Below, piece after piece: positions 1 through 14,273 of a stretch of DNA of 64,000 bases. A program made the translations under genes and the position numbers. Source of the stretch: Pecten maximus (Eukaryota). The stretch is from NCBI RefSeq assembly GCF_902652985.1, contig NC_047028.1:19344001-19408000 (forward strand), given 5' to 3'. Under the pieces are notes generated by a model. The model saw only the letters and a program-made list of their open reading frames with translations. It did no database searches and had not been told where the DNA came from. Numbering within the stretch: position 1 is the stretch's first letter; every line of letters starts with the position of its first letter.

Positions 1-1423
1 TTTTATATATGAACATATTTAATTTAAAAATGAAATTCGTTCGAATATTTTAATTTTAATGAATACCGTTCATGCTACCATAATAACTACTGTGGTGTTA
101 TCGGCTTATTCTTACAGGTCATTGGGATCCCTGATGATAGGTTAGGTGATGATGTCTGCCTCTTTGTTGAGTAAGTTGGACTCGAATTTAAAATTTGTAT
201 ATAAATATATAAAATAATATATGATTAGTTTCAGCTGTTTGTTGACTCTAAGAACAAATTTAAAATATGTATATAAATAGTTTAAGCTGTTTGAACCTGT
301 CACCTTCCTATCCTGTACCTATCAGTTAGATCCAAATCTGATCTAATTAACTTCATTGAATAAATTAAAGAAATAATTTTGTGTGTCATTTTATTCATTG
401 AGAAATTCTAAAGTATCGGTGTAACTTACACTAATTCCATGTTCTATTCTTGCGCAACTTTAGTTTCTGTAAAATAAATTTAAAACATAAACTGGATATC
501 AAAATATTTACATCTGTGTAACAGGTTAAAACATGAAGCTACACTAACGGAGGATGAGTTAGAGTCGTACTTTCAATCAAAGGTAATGACACCGATATGA
601 TGGTTCAACTTTACTAGCCTTATTTTCGTAAAACTCATAAAATTAAACACATACACTGTATATGTATATGCCATAGTCTTACGTAAACAGCTGTTATCTT
701 TCGATATTTTTTATACGGTTCATTTTCATAAGATTATTACTCAATGTAAGTTTAATATTTTTTTTTCAATATATATGTGGCTTTTTGAAGACGTCATTAC
801 AGTATCGTGTCTCTTTTAACATACCTCAAGATGTCGATTGCAACTGAAATATATATAGATTAATGTATATGGATATGTTGATATTTATATCTCTGTTTCC
901 CTTGTCACATTTGTATCAGCTGATGTTTCTACAGTGTCCACTCTACTACTTTGTGTTAGAAAAGCTACCCCGAATCGGTGCCCGTAATAAGGTAACCAGC
1001 CTAATTTCGATTTACTAGTATTTATTCATGTTTAATTACTTTCCTTTGATCATAACGATTATAGACTGACATGAGAATTTAAGGTCAAGTTCTTTTGATA
1101 TTAAAACATAATTTATTATCCCAATAAACTAAAGTACACCGCCTGATCCTATATCTTAGTCTACTATCGATAAATGCTTATTTGTTGATGAATACTGTAA
1201 GCCGGACATAAAACGCAAAGAAATCTGTTCTGTGTCTATTTTTATATATTTACCATTGTATGGCACTGCCACTATATAACCCTACCAATTCAGTTGCGAG
1301 TTCACCAGCCTATGAACTGCCAACAGGAAGTGATATCTGCTACTGGTAAGCGCGGGAAATTTGAATTTGAAAATTTCAAAACAAAAATCGCATGACAAAT
1401 AAAAAAATCGCAGATGGTAAATA

Positions 1424-1585
1424 TAAGAATTGAACGGCTTTCAGTTGGCATTCATAGTCAATATGAATACCAACTGGACAGAGGCAAATTCAACATGAAG
1501 CGCTAGCGCGCTTCATGGAATTTGCCTCTGTCCAGTTGGCATTCATATTGACTATGAATGCCATCTGAAAGCCGTTCAATGCTTA
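1424..1585. repeat. Long imperfect palindrome (~78-bp arms), probably part of a non-autonomous DNA element
   Basis: Left arm taagaattgaacggctttcagttggcattcatagtcaatatgaataccaactggacagaggcaaattc..catgaagcgc is the reverse complement, with few mismatches, of gcgcttcatggaatttgcctctgtccagttggcattcatattgactatgaatgccatctgaaagccgttcaatgctta. Confidence 0.85.
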
Positions 1586-2525
1586 AATGAACACGGTACG
1601 TGCGATAACAATAGAATTATACTAGTATACTATAGTACACCACGCAATTATCGCAATAGTCTAAACATTCTTGTTTTGTTTTTCGTTATTGTTTTTGTTT
1701 TTTGTTTCCTTGTTCTTTTTTGTACGGAGTTTAATGTCCACGCAAATCAGATAGAAAGGAAACCCAATGAGAGGTAGCAAACACCTGAGTGGAATTCACT
1801 TCTGACAGGGATCAAAGTTGACCGGTTTTCGTTTATTTTACCATTAATTAGTTAGTTAATCTTTTTTTTTGATTATTTTTTTTAATTTGATGCATAATAT
1901 GTTTATGTTAGACTAATTACTACTTTGCGTTTGATTGTAGGTTCATATAGCAGAACTCAAGCAAATAGCTACTGAGCGGATCGCAACTGATAACAAGGAA
2001 GAACAGTGGAACAGATGAAGGCCTACTGATTGTGGACAACAAATTATTGGTCTACAAGGCGTCTTCAGACGATACAATATACACCCGATGTGTGGTATCC
2101 AGTATCTAGGAGTGCTTTTTGGGACTCTAATAATTGAGTCCTTGACTCGTGCTTTTTCATGTTGGAACTTGCTGTGAGTTTGAGTGCCCACTATATCTCT
2201 TAGTATAGGGGCTCATCAAATGTATAGAACTTGATTAGCCTAAAAATCCTACAACGATTACTAAATGAAGAATCATTGGAGTCCGGAGTTGCAAAGGCAA
2301 CATCTGGCTGTGTACTTCCCATACAGATACATAAATATGACATGTTTTTTATTGATAATGTGTTAACGTTGACCAAATACCGAACATTCGAGACCGCACC
2401 ATCCAACTTTGACTTTTTTATTTAAACGGGATAAGTAAGATATGTCTGCATTCGTACGTGTATGTATCATTATTTTTGTACATGTAAATTAAAAAACAAA
2501 AATGCAACGTTCCTCGTTTTATTTA

Positions 2526-3132
2526 TGTTTCTAGTCTATGACGTTTTACCATTACCAGACAATGGCCCTGTCTGGCCTTCACCAGGGGGTCTTGACCAAT
2601 TAAGGTCAATGTCAGATGCTGTGTAAATCAGAATATGACTAAGTTGATTCTGTCGCATTGCTGCTGTAAAACGTCATTTATTTCATCAGCAGTTGTGCCT
2701 GTCCATGGGTGAGTAAGTGACCCTGTTTGGCCTACACCAGGGTGCCTTGACCAAGGTCAATGTCAGCTGCTGGGTAAATCATCTCGCGGCGCATCTGAGA
2801 AAGGACACAACTCTCGAGGAAAAAAAGATAGCCAGGTCACTATGCTAGGATGACAGAACAGGGTGTCCATGGGTCATGTATTAGAGCTTATCTGGAAAGG
2901 AAACACACGGGCAGTGTACGGTGGTACCTGAACGCGGACGAGGGGACATTATACCCTCCATTGTATGAAGACTTCTCAAACATCATCTCTTTTTGTGACC
3001 TATGAACAAGTTTTTACTATAGTTTAGCTTCTGTGTGTGTATTAAACTTGCCATGAATTATCCTCTGACCATGTGTTGTTACTTTATTTTTCGTTACTGT
3101 CAAGAAAGCCAGAATGATATATAGATCAGACA
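2526..3132 (+). mobile_element. Possible solo LTR
   Basis: TG...CA ends (tgtttc...cagaca), near-TSD ttta/ttca, internal ~62-bp direct repeat (2566-2630 vs 2721-2781), attaaa near the 3' end, higher GC than flanks. Confidence 0.3.
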
Positions 3133-6100
3133 TTCATGTTGTTAAATGGAGAGAAAAAACAGGACAGCGTATTGCACAATATGTACTGAAAGGGGAAAGA
3201 AACGCGATTAGATTTCGAGAAATAAAGAAGTTGTAATAAGATGTAATAATGGTGCAATTAAATTTCAGGTAGATCTGACCTCTCCTCGATAAAACAATCA
3301 TAGGCCGAACTCTGTAGTCAAAGTCGATTAGTTAACGTTGGCGCTGGGTGAGGAATGAAGCGTATCCCACAGGGTCAATACCCTGACCAATTAAATGCAC
3401 AAAAGTGTCCTTGCAACCACTGCAGTTCATGGGGGTATACACGACACAGATGGGCCAAAAACGTTATTTATTTTGAAAGGGGTAGCTTTGGATCAATCAG
3501 AAATTTGACTTTCAATTACACCATAATTACATTCTATGACATCTTTTGATTTCCCGTAGTATATAATCCGTGCAATTTCTAAATGCGTTTCATTTTCCTT
3601 TCGGTATATTAAAGATGTTACAGTGCCGATAGCCTATACACGGTCACAAAACTGTATAAAAATTGGCCGACTTTTACTTTTACACCGACTTATACCGAGG
3701 CACCTCGGCCCGGCTGACATTGTGCAGGGCCGAGGTTTCCAATTACCTATAAAAAAAATTCTAATTAAAACCAAGAAATGAAAAAGAATAAAATAGTGCT
3801 GTCATTCTTGCTGCAAAATTGAATTACTCGAGTATTGAAACAGACAAAATAAAATACTCCAAGAACCAGAGTCAGACGGAGACCAAGATAATTCGATTTT
3901 GTTAACTGTTAAAATGATCAAAACATATGTACGTCTGTAGCATGAATTAATTATTTTTTAACCTACTATACAAATGAATGTACTGTACACAATATACATG
4001 TACCTGCTTATAATCCAACGACTGGATCAGTAGGCCTATTGTACAGGCACATTGGGTCTGTGACGCAGGGACTATACTAAGTAAGCTTACTATTATTGTA
4101 TAATATTTAAAGACCGTTATTGTTCACTGTTGTCTTCCGAAATCGCTTGTACATATATGTATGTAATATTAGAACCGGATACCCCATATTGTTTACTTGT
4201 ATGTACTCGATACACGAAAACATATATATACCTATACACAACTACTTTTCGTATCCCGCGAAAAAGTCAACGCGACTGTTGGTAGAGGTGGAACACGATA
4301 GCATTTTTCGGGATGCAATTTTAAAGACAAAATTAGAAGTTAAAACTTTGGAGGGTTGTTATTACATACAGTATTTAAATTTTGGTATTGTATAAAAATA
4401 TACCCTAGTCTTTTCTTTTCTTGTTTTAAATCAATCATAATCACTGTTTGTCGGCGCTGTAGCATCTGATATAATTGTAAAACTCGGGTGTTCATAGTGA
4501 GACGACCTTTAAGACATTTAGAAATATCCTGTTTGTATGGCTGTTATATAGATAGAGTTTTAATTCCTCTTGTGCAATATATATAAGAACCGCAGCCAAT
4601 TTTATTTTGAGTTAATATAAGATCAAATTTTATCAACATTTAGATATACCTGGTAAAGTCAGGATGACAGATATAAGGCAGTCAATTTACACAGGGCTAT
4701 ATATGTAACAACTACAGGTATCTAACACAGATTATATATTGGATGTATTGACAGACGAGGCTAGGACCTGTGCCTGTATAGGGGGAAGTGTGGTCACACC
4801 TGACTGGACGTAGTGCACTACTAGTTTACCTGTAGCTTAAATGTAGTGCACTACTAGTTTAAATGTAGTGCACTAGGAGTGCACTAGGGTGTACAGGTTA
4901 GCTTACACTCAACTGTAAATTCATGATTCATGAAAAATATATTATTATTTTATAACTGCGCAGGGCATGAATATATTTAATTTGATATGCATGTTTTTAT
5001 CAGTTAGCTTAACATATCTCTCCTAAATAGATAAACAAAGTACACTGCAATATACGTCATTTCAATGAGCTCTCGTGTTGGTTCACGAGCTAGCGATGAT
5101 GATTTTTCTTTGCAATCCGGAATATTTGTCGGGTTCTTTAATTTACAATGACCTCAGCGTTCAAGCGTGTCAAAGGTGAGGATTTTCTGACTCTGCGCTG
5201 CCAGCTCGTTGACTGTAAACATACGTGGACCCTAGATGCATTGTTTACCTTAACACTCCAATAATCGATTAGTTCTATCTACCTGTTTTGGAGGAAGGCT
5301 GCGTCAGCGAGATGGGAGAAGGTACGCTTTTTAATATCATCCTAGTCCTCGTATTTGTCTATATGTAGTCCGCTGTGATCTCTATATTATTTCACCTGAT
5401 GGCATTTGACCCACAACATCCAGTCAGTGATTTTAATTGAAGTTTAAAATCGTGACATGTACTTCATTGTCAAAGATGACCCACTTTCAGTCAGGAGTAC
5501 GATAGAACTTTGACAGGTGAATTCTTCTTTGTTGGTGGTTTAAAGTTCCATCGTATTAAGTGTTGTTAGTTATAAGGATTATGCAGGTAATATGTTTGTA
5601 ATTATTGTACTATTATGTACATATCAGATCAGCTAATGTCGATGAATTTAAATGTCGTCATTATACATACACTGTTCTATTTATAGACCACTGCATTATG
5701 AAATACATTGATGTTTTTAAATATGTTGAAATAATCTGGGTACGTTCACACAGACAGGTTAGTATTTGTCACTTTCATTCAATCTATTGTTACTTAATTT
5801 ATGTTGAATTTAATTTTTTTATTCATCAAGGCATAATACAGTTGTACATGTACACTGTATATGCGTTAACATTTATTTAATAATTTACAATTAATTAATC
5901 TACAGAATACATGTTGTCATCACACATGCTATACATATATGCTGTACCTGTACGCTCGTATGTTTTCAACTATAGTCTGGGATGATGTCAACATGATCTA
6001 TCTAAAGCTTATATACATATATATGTATATAATTTATTGTGTCAACTCACATTTATGATTTGAAATACATTTATGTACATCATTTTGTAAAAATATTTAT

Positions 6101-7905
6101 GTATGATGTATATCATCTTCATTTCATGAAAACAGAAATATTGTTGGGTCTAATTTAGTGAAATATCAAATTGAATTAAATTGATGCGATTGTATTTTAT
6201 GTTTAGAATATTTTAATTTCCCCTGACATTAGTGATTTCAGATCTCAACTATTATAATCCTTTGGTTCAAACTTTATCTTGGAAAAATCTAACAATATCT
6301 TTAGTCGATGGGACAATTACATGTACATACATTTTCCTTTCTTATTTTAAGTCTCTATGAATTTTATATTTAATTATCTAATCTTTTGAAAATATTAAGA
6401 TTCAAGTTATGCATCAATTAGACTTTGAGCAACGTTAACTTTTAACCCTTGCCTTAGTGCTTATACATGTATATATAGGTTACATACACGATTGAAAATC
6501 GATCAATTTCATAGAACATGTGTGATCAATGAAACAAGTCTACAGTGTACATATGTATACCACTTTCATGCTGAATATAAACTGAATATTTGGTCAACAT
6601 ACAAGTTTTCTCAAACTGATGATCAGTCTACCAAGAAAACAGCTTAATTATTTCATTTTTTTGGATGACACATGTGTACATTTTACTGTTGAATAGACTG
6701 TGTAACTTAACCACTCAATAAAGGTTAACGTGATTCTTGTTATATTTTTTGATCGTACAAATTCTTAAATTTTCTTGATTTCATTCTTAGTATATGTCCC
6801 TAAAAAAGGACAACATTTCACATTATGTCCCAGAGAATTTCCTTCATATCATATTAATACACTGGTTGAGGTTTGTATTACTCGGTACATTTGTGTATCT
6901 ATAAATAATCCTTTTTATCCGATATACATGTATATACACAATATTCACATTCCAATAGCCTTTACATGCATACAGTGTTTACATGTATATATATACACAT
7001 CTACAACTAATATTTAGTCATGCCATGTGTACATGTGCTTATAAAATCTTCTAAACACTACAACTCAATCTATGATATATCACAAGCTGGAAACTAAATG
7101 TTTGTAACCATCATTAAAACATAAATACCTGGTACAATGCCCCAGTCAAGAGAGTATCCTTTTAACACTTATACTACATGTAGTTCCAAATTTCAATGGC
7201 TGCAATTTAGATTTAACCACAGAGTTTTGACTATACAAACTTTTTTATTCAAAATTAAAAAAAAAAATCACAATAACTGATGTACATTTTGTAATTCTCA
7301 TCCTGAAACAAGTATACATCTTTTATAGGATTGTGAGTATACAATGTATATCAAATTTGATAGAATAATTAAGGATCATTATTAGGTACTACTGAAAACC
7401 TGAGTCTTAGATTCGATAAACAGGAATTCATCTTTGGCAAGCAAATTAATAAACTTACTAACCTTATATGAACAGTCCAAAAAATCATTTTGATTTTGAG
7501 TTAAAAGTGCACAAAATGTTAATATCCAAAAGTAACATTAAAAACAAAATACATATTGACACACAAATACAGCAGGGGCTACAAATCTAAAATGAGAATA
7601 CAAATGTACAACATCTCTGATCTAGATTTATTGTATTGTATCCTTTCTGTTTTCAGTTGTTTTTGTATATACTATTTTGTTTGTTTATTCCTTTTTCTCT
7701 CTTTTGTTTGCTTATACTCTTATTCCACTGACATAATGCCTTTTGAGCAAAGTTTAATTTTAACTACATTATTTATTTGGGTGGAGTGAAAATGTAACTG
7801 TGGATGTATAAAGTGTGAATATTTGTGTTTACTCGTGTATTTTGTATATGTCATGTTTTGTAAACAAAATTTGAAAATGAATAAAAAATAAATTAAAAAT
7901 AAAAA

Positions 7906-10900
7906 GATAGTAAATATAATTTCCCTGTGAAGACAGTAAATATAGTGTCCATGTATAGTCAGTAAATATAATGTCCCAGTAAAGTCAGTGAATATAATGT
8001 TCATGTAAAGTCAGTAAATATAATGTCTATGTAAAGTCAGTAAATATAATGTCCCAGTAAAGTCAGTCAATATAATGTCTCGGTGAAGTCAGTAAATATA
8101 ATGTCCCGGTAAAGTCAGTAAATATAATGTCCATGTAAAGTCAGTAAATATAATGTCCCAGTCAAGTCAGTAAATATATTGTCCCTGTAAAGTCAGTAAA
8201 TATAATGTCCCGGTAAAGTCAGTAAATATAATGTCCCTGTAAAGTCAGTAAATATAATGTCCCTGTAAAGTCAGTAAATATAATGTCCCTGTAAAGTCAG
8301 TAAATATAATGTCCATATAAAGTCAGTAAATATAATGTCCCAGTCTAGTCAGTAAATATAATGTCCCAGTCTAGTCAGTAAATATAATGTCCATATAAAG
8401 TCAGTAAATATAATGTCCCTGTAAAGACAGTAAATATAATGTCCATATCAAGTCAGTAAATATAATGTCCCTGTAAAGACAGTAAATATAATGTCCATAT
8501 AAAGTCAGTAAATATAATGTCCCTGTAAAGACAGTAAATGTATTGTCCCTGTCAAGACAGTAAATATAATGTCCCAGTCAAGTCAGTAAATATAATGTCC
8601 CTGTAAAGTCAGTAAATATAATGTCCAAGTAAAGTCAGTAAATATAATGTCCCTGTAAAGTCAGTAAATATAATGTCCAAGTAAACTCAGTAAATGTAAT
8701 GTCCCAGTAAAGTCAGTAAATATAATGTCCCGGTAAAGTCAGTAAATATAATGTCCCTATCAAGACAGTAAATATAATATCCCTGTAAAGACAGTAAATA
8801 TAATGTCCCAGTAAAGTCTGTTAATATAATGTCCCGGTAAAGTCAGTAAATATAATGTCCCAGTCAAGTCACTAAATATAATGTCCCTGTAAAGTCAGTA
8901 AATATAATGTCCCTATCAAGTCAGTAAATATAATGTCCCTGTAAAGACAGTAAATATTATGTCCATATAAAGTCAGTAAATATAATGTCCCTGTAAAGAC
9001 AGTAAATGTAATGTCCATGTCAAGACAGTAAATATAATGTCCCTGTAAAGTCAGTCAATATAATGTCCCTGTAAAGACAGTAAATATAATGTCCCTATCA
9101 AGTCTGTAAATATAATGTCCCTGTTAAGACAGTAAATATAATGTCCCTGTAAAGACAGTAAATATAATGTCCCTATCAAGTCAGTAAATATAATGTCCCT
9201 GTAAAGACAGTAAATATAATGTCCCTGTAAAGTCATTAAATATAATGTCCCAGTAAAGTCAGTAAATATAATGTCCCAGTAAAGTCAGTAAATATAGTGT
9301 CCCAGTAAAGTCAGTAAATATAATGTCCCTGTAAAGACAGTAAATATAATGTCGCTATCAAGTCAGTAAATATAATGTCCCTGTAAAGTCAGTAAATATA
9401 ATGTCCCTGTAAAGTAAGTAAATATAATGTCCCTGTAAAGTCAGTAAATATAATGTCCCTGTAAAGTCAGTAAATATAATGTCCCAGTAAAGTCAGTAAA
9501 TATAATGTCCCTGTAAAGTCAGTAAATATAATGTCCGTGTAAAGTCAGTGAATATAATGTCCCACTAAAGTCAGTAAATATAGTGTCCCAGTAAAGATAA
9601 TGTCCCTGTCAAGACAGTAAATATAATGTCCCAGTAAAGTCAGTAAATATAATGTCCCAGTAAAGTCAGTAAATATAATGTCCCAGTAAAGTCAGTAAAT
9701 ATAATGTCCCAGTAAAGTCAGTAAATATAATGTCCCTATCAAGTCAGTAAATATAATGTCCCAGTTAAGTCAGTAAATATAATGTCCCTGTAAAGTCAGT
9801 TAATATAATGTCCCTGTAAAGTCAGTAAATATAATGTCCCTATCAAGTCAGTAAATATAATGTCCCAGTTAAGTCAGTAAATATAATGTCCCAGTAAAGT
9901 CAGTAAATATAATGTCCCAGTAAAGTCAGTAAATATAATGTCCCTATCAAGTCAGTAAATATAATGTCCCAGTTAAGTCAGTAAATATAATGTCCCTGTA
10001 AAGTCAGTTAATATAATGTCCCTGTAAAGTCAGTATATATAATGTCCCTGTAAAGTCAGTAAATATAATGTCCCAGTAAAGTCAGTAAACATAATGTCCC
10101 AGTAAAGTCAGTAAATATAATGTCCCTATCAAGTCAGTAGATATAATGTCCATGTAAAGTCAGTAAATATAATGTCCCAGTAAAGTCAATAAATAAAATG
10201 TCCCTGTAAAATCAGTAAATATAATGTCCCAGTAAAGTCAGTAAATATAATGTCCCTATAAAGTCAGTAAATATAATGTCCATGTAAAGACAGTAAATAT
10301 AATGTCCCGGTAAAGACAGTAAATATAATGTCCCAGCAAAGTCAGTAAATATAATGTCCCAGTAAAGCCAGTAAATATAATGTCCCTGAAAAGACAGTAA
10401 AAATAATGTCACTGTAAAGTCAGTAAATATAATGTCCCTGTAAAGTCAGTAAATATAATGTCCCAGTAAAGTCAGTAAATATAATGTCCCTGTAAAGTCA
10501 GTAAATGTAATGTCCCAGTAAAGTCAGTGAATATAATGTCCCAGTAAACTCAGTGAATATAATGTCCCTATCAAGTCAGTAAATATAATGTCGATATGAA
10601 GTCAGTAAATATAATGTCACAGTAAAGTCAGTAAATATAATGTTCCAGTAAAGACAGTAAATATAATGTCACAGTAAAGTCAGTAAATATAATGTTCCAG
10701 TAAAGTCAGTAAATATAATGTCCCTGTAAAGTCAGTAAATATAATGTCCCTGTAAAGTCAGTAAATATAATGTCCCTGTAAAGTCAGTAAATATAATGTT
10801 CCTGTAAAGTCAGTAAATATAATATCTGTGTAAAGTCGGTAAATATAATGTCCCAGTAAAGTCAGTAAATATAATGTCAAAGTAAAGTCAGTAAATATAA

Positions 10901-13900
10901 TGTCATTATAAAGTCAGTAAATATAATGTCCCAGTAAAGTCAGTGAATATAATGTCCCTGTAAAGTCAGTGAATATAATGTCCCTGTAAAGTCAGTAAAT
11001 ATAATGTCCCTGTAAAGTCAGTAAATATAATGTCCGTGTAAAGACAGTGAATATAATGTCCCCGTAAAGTCAGTAAATATAATGTCCCTGTGAAGTCAGT
11101 AAATATAATGTCCCAATAAAGTCAGTAAATATAATGTCCCGGTAAAGTCAGTAAATATAATGTCCCAGTAAAGCCAGTAAATATAATGTCCCAGTAAAGT
11201 CAGTAAATGTAATGTCCCTATCAAGTCAGTAAATATAATGTCCCGGTAAAGTCAGTGAATATAATGTCCCTGTAAAGTCAGTAAATATAATGTCAAAGTA
11301 AAGTCAGTGAATATAATGTCTTAGGAATGGGAGTAAATATAGTGTCCCTATCAAGTCAGTAAATATAATGTCGCTGTAAAGTCAGTAAATATAATGTCCC
11401 AGTAAAGTCAGTAAATATAATGTCCAAGTAAAGACAGTAAATATAATGTCCCTGTCAAGTCAGTGAATATAGTGTCCCTGTAAAGTCAGTAAATATAATG
11501 TCCCAGTTAAGTCAGTAAATATAATGTCCCAGCAAAGTCAGTAAATATAAAGTCCCTGTAAAATCAGTAAATATAATGTCCCAGTAAAGTCAGTAAATAT
11601 AATGTCCCTGTAAAGTCAGTTAATATAATGTCCCTATCAAGTCATTAAATATAATGTCCCTAAAAAGACAGTAAATATAATGTCGCTATCAAGTCAGTAA
11701 ATATAATGTCCCTAAAAAGACAGTAAATATAATGTCCCTATAAAGTCAGTAAATATAATGTCCCAGTAAAGTCAGTAAATATAATGTCCCTGTAAAGTCA
11801 GTAAATATAATGTCCCTATAAAGTCAGTAAATATAATGTCCCTAAAAAGACAGTAAATATAATGTCGCTATCAAGTCAGTAAATATAATGTCCCTAAAAA
11901 GACAGTAAATATAATGTCGCTATCAAGTCAGTAAATGTAATGTCCGTAAAAAGACAGTAAATATAACGTCCCTATCAAGTCAGTAAATATAATGTCCCAG
12001 TAAAGTCAGTGAATATAATGTCCCAGTAAAGTCAGTAAATATAATGTCCCAGTAAAGTCAGTGAATATAATGTCCTTGTAAAGTCAGTAAATATAATGTC
12101 CCTGTAAAGTCATTAAATATAATGTCCCAGTTAAGTCAGTAAATATAATGTCCCAGTAAAGTCAGTAAATATAATGTCCCTGTAAAGTCAGTAAATATAA
12201 TGTCCCAGTTAAGTCAGTAAATATAATGTCCCAGTAAAGTCAGTAAATATAATGTCCCTGTAAAGTCAGTGAATATAATGTCCCAGTAAAGTCAGTAAAT
12301 ATAATGTCCCAGTAAAGTCAGTAAATATAATGTCCCAGTAAAGTCAGTAAATATAATGTCCCAGTAAAGTCAGTGAATATAATGTCCTTGTAAAGTCAGT
12401 AAATATAATGTCCCTATCAAGTCAGTGAATATAATGTCCCAGTAAAGTCAGTAAATATAATGTCCCTGTAAAGTCAGTAAATATAATGTCCCTGTGAAGA
12501 CAGTAAATATAATGTCCCGGTTAAGTCAGTAAATATATTGTCCCTGTAAAGTCACTAAATATAATGTCCCTGTAAAGACAGTAAAAATAATGTCCATGTA
12601 AAGTCAGTAAATATAATGTCCCTGTAAAGTCACTTAATATAATGTCCCTGTAAAGTCAGTAAATATAATGTCCCAGTAAAGTCAGTAAATATAATGTCCC
12701 AGTAAAGTCAGTAAATATAAGGTCCCTGTAAAGTCAGTAAATATAGTGTCCCTGTAAAATCAGTAAATATAATGTCCCGGTAAAGTCAGTAAATATAATG
12801 TCCCTGTAAAGTCATTAAATATAATGTCCCAGTTAAGTCAGTCAATATAATGTCCCAGTAAAGTCAGTAAATATAATGTCCCAGTTAAGTCAGTCAATAT
12901 AATGTCCCTGTAAAGTCAGTAAATATAGTGTCCCTGTAAAATCAGTAAATATAATGTCCCGGTAAAGTCAGTAAATATAATGTCCCAGTTAAGTCAGTCA
13001 ATATAATGTCCCAGTAAAGTCAGTAAATATAATGTCCCAGTAAAGTCAGTAAATATAATGTCCCAGTAAAGTCAGTAAATATAATGTCCCTGTAAAGTCA
13101 GTAAATATAATGTCCCTGTAAAGACAGTAAATATAATGTCCCAGTAAAGTCAGTAAATATAATGTCCATATAAAGTCAGTAAATATAATGTCCTTGTAAA
13201 GTCAGTCAATATAATGTCCTTGTAAAGTTAGTCAATATAATGTCCCTGTAAAGTCAGTAAATATAATGTCCCTGTAAAGTCAGTAAATATAATGTCCCAG
13301 TAAAGACAGTAAATATAAGGTCCATGTAAAGTCAGTAAATATAATGTCCCAGTAAAGTCAGTAAATATAATGTCCCAATAAAGTCAGTAAATATAATGTC
13401 CCTGTAAAGTTAGTGAATATAATGTCCCAGTAAAGTCAGTAAATATAGTGTCCCTGTAAAGTCATTAAATATAATGTCCCAGTAAAGTCAGTAAATATAA
13501 TGTCCCTGTAAAGTCAGTAAATATAATGTCCCTATCAAGTCAGTAAATATAATGTCCCTATAAAGACAGTAAATATAATATCACTGTAAAGACAGTAAAT
13601 ATAATGTCCCAGTAAAGTCAGTAAATATATTGTCCCTGTAAAGTCAGTAAATATAATGTCCCAGTAAACTCAGTAAATATAATGTCCCTATAAAGTCAGT
13701 AAATATAATGTCCATGTAAAGACAGTAAATATAGTGTCCCAGTAAAGTCAGTAAATATAATGTCCCAGTAAAGTCAGTAAATATAATGTCCCAGTAAAGT
13801 CAGTAAATATAATGTCCCTGTAAAGTCAGTAAATATAATGTCCCAGTAAAGTCAGTAAATATAATGTCCCAGCAAAGACAGTAAATATAATGTCCCTGTA

Positions 13901-14023
13901 AAGTCAGTAAATATAATGTCCCTATAAAGTCAGTAAATATAATGTCCCTATAAAGTCAGTAAATATAATGTCCCGTTTAAGTCATTAAATATAATGTCAT
14001 TATAAAGTCAGTAAACATAATGT
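7906..14023. repeat. 26-bp tandem satellite, ~235 copies, consensus GTCAGTAAATATAATGTCCC(A/T)GTAAA
   Basis: Directly visible period; ORFs inside it repeat every 26 aa (3 units). Confidence 0.98.
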
Positions 14024-14273
14024 ATTGTTCTAATAATGTCTATTTTAATTTTTTTTTCTCTGACTAAAATTTATTTTGCTGAAGTTGGTACTTCTTAATC
14101 TGTATGTGACATGCCTCTTTTGAAATATATTTAAAAAGTTTTTATTGCAAGTATTTAGCGATGACTGCATGTGGTGAACTTTGCAATCATGTTTGCCTCT
14201 TCTATTTGCAGGGCATGACTTATCCTGTACCGAATAGAGACAACATAATCACTTGACAAAACAAAAGTACAGT

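Noticed and set aside
1943-2425. Coding-like segment after an acceptor-like ttgattgtag
   Set aside because: Stops in the frames examined and no motif I could identify; possibly a decayed transposon
4810-4890. Cluster of (T)AGTGCACTA palindromes
   Set aside because: Short local slippage duplications; no support for function
7720-10412. ORFs of type HYIYCL...DIIFTD...TLYLL
   Set aside because: Translations of the 26-bp satellite
7906-14023. CRISPR-like array
   Set aside because: Head-to-tail units with no unique spacers, no cas genes, eukaryotic context
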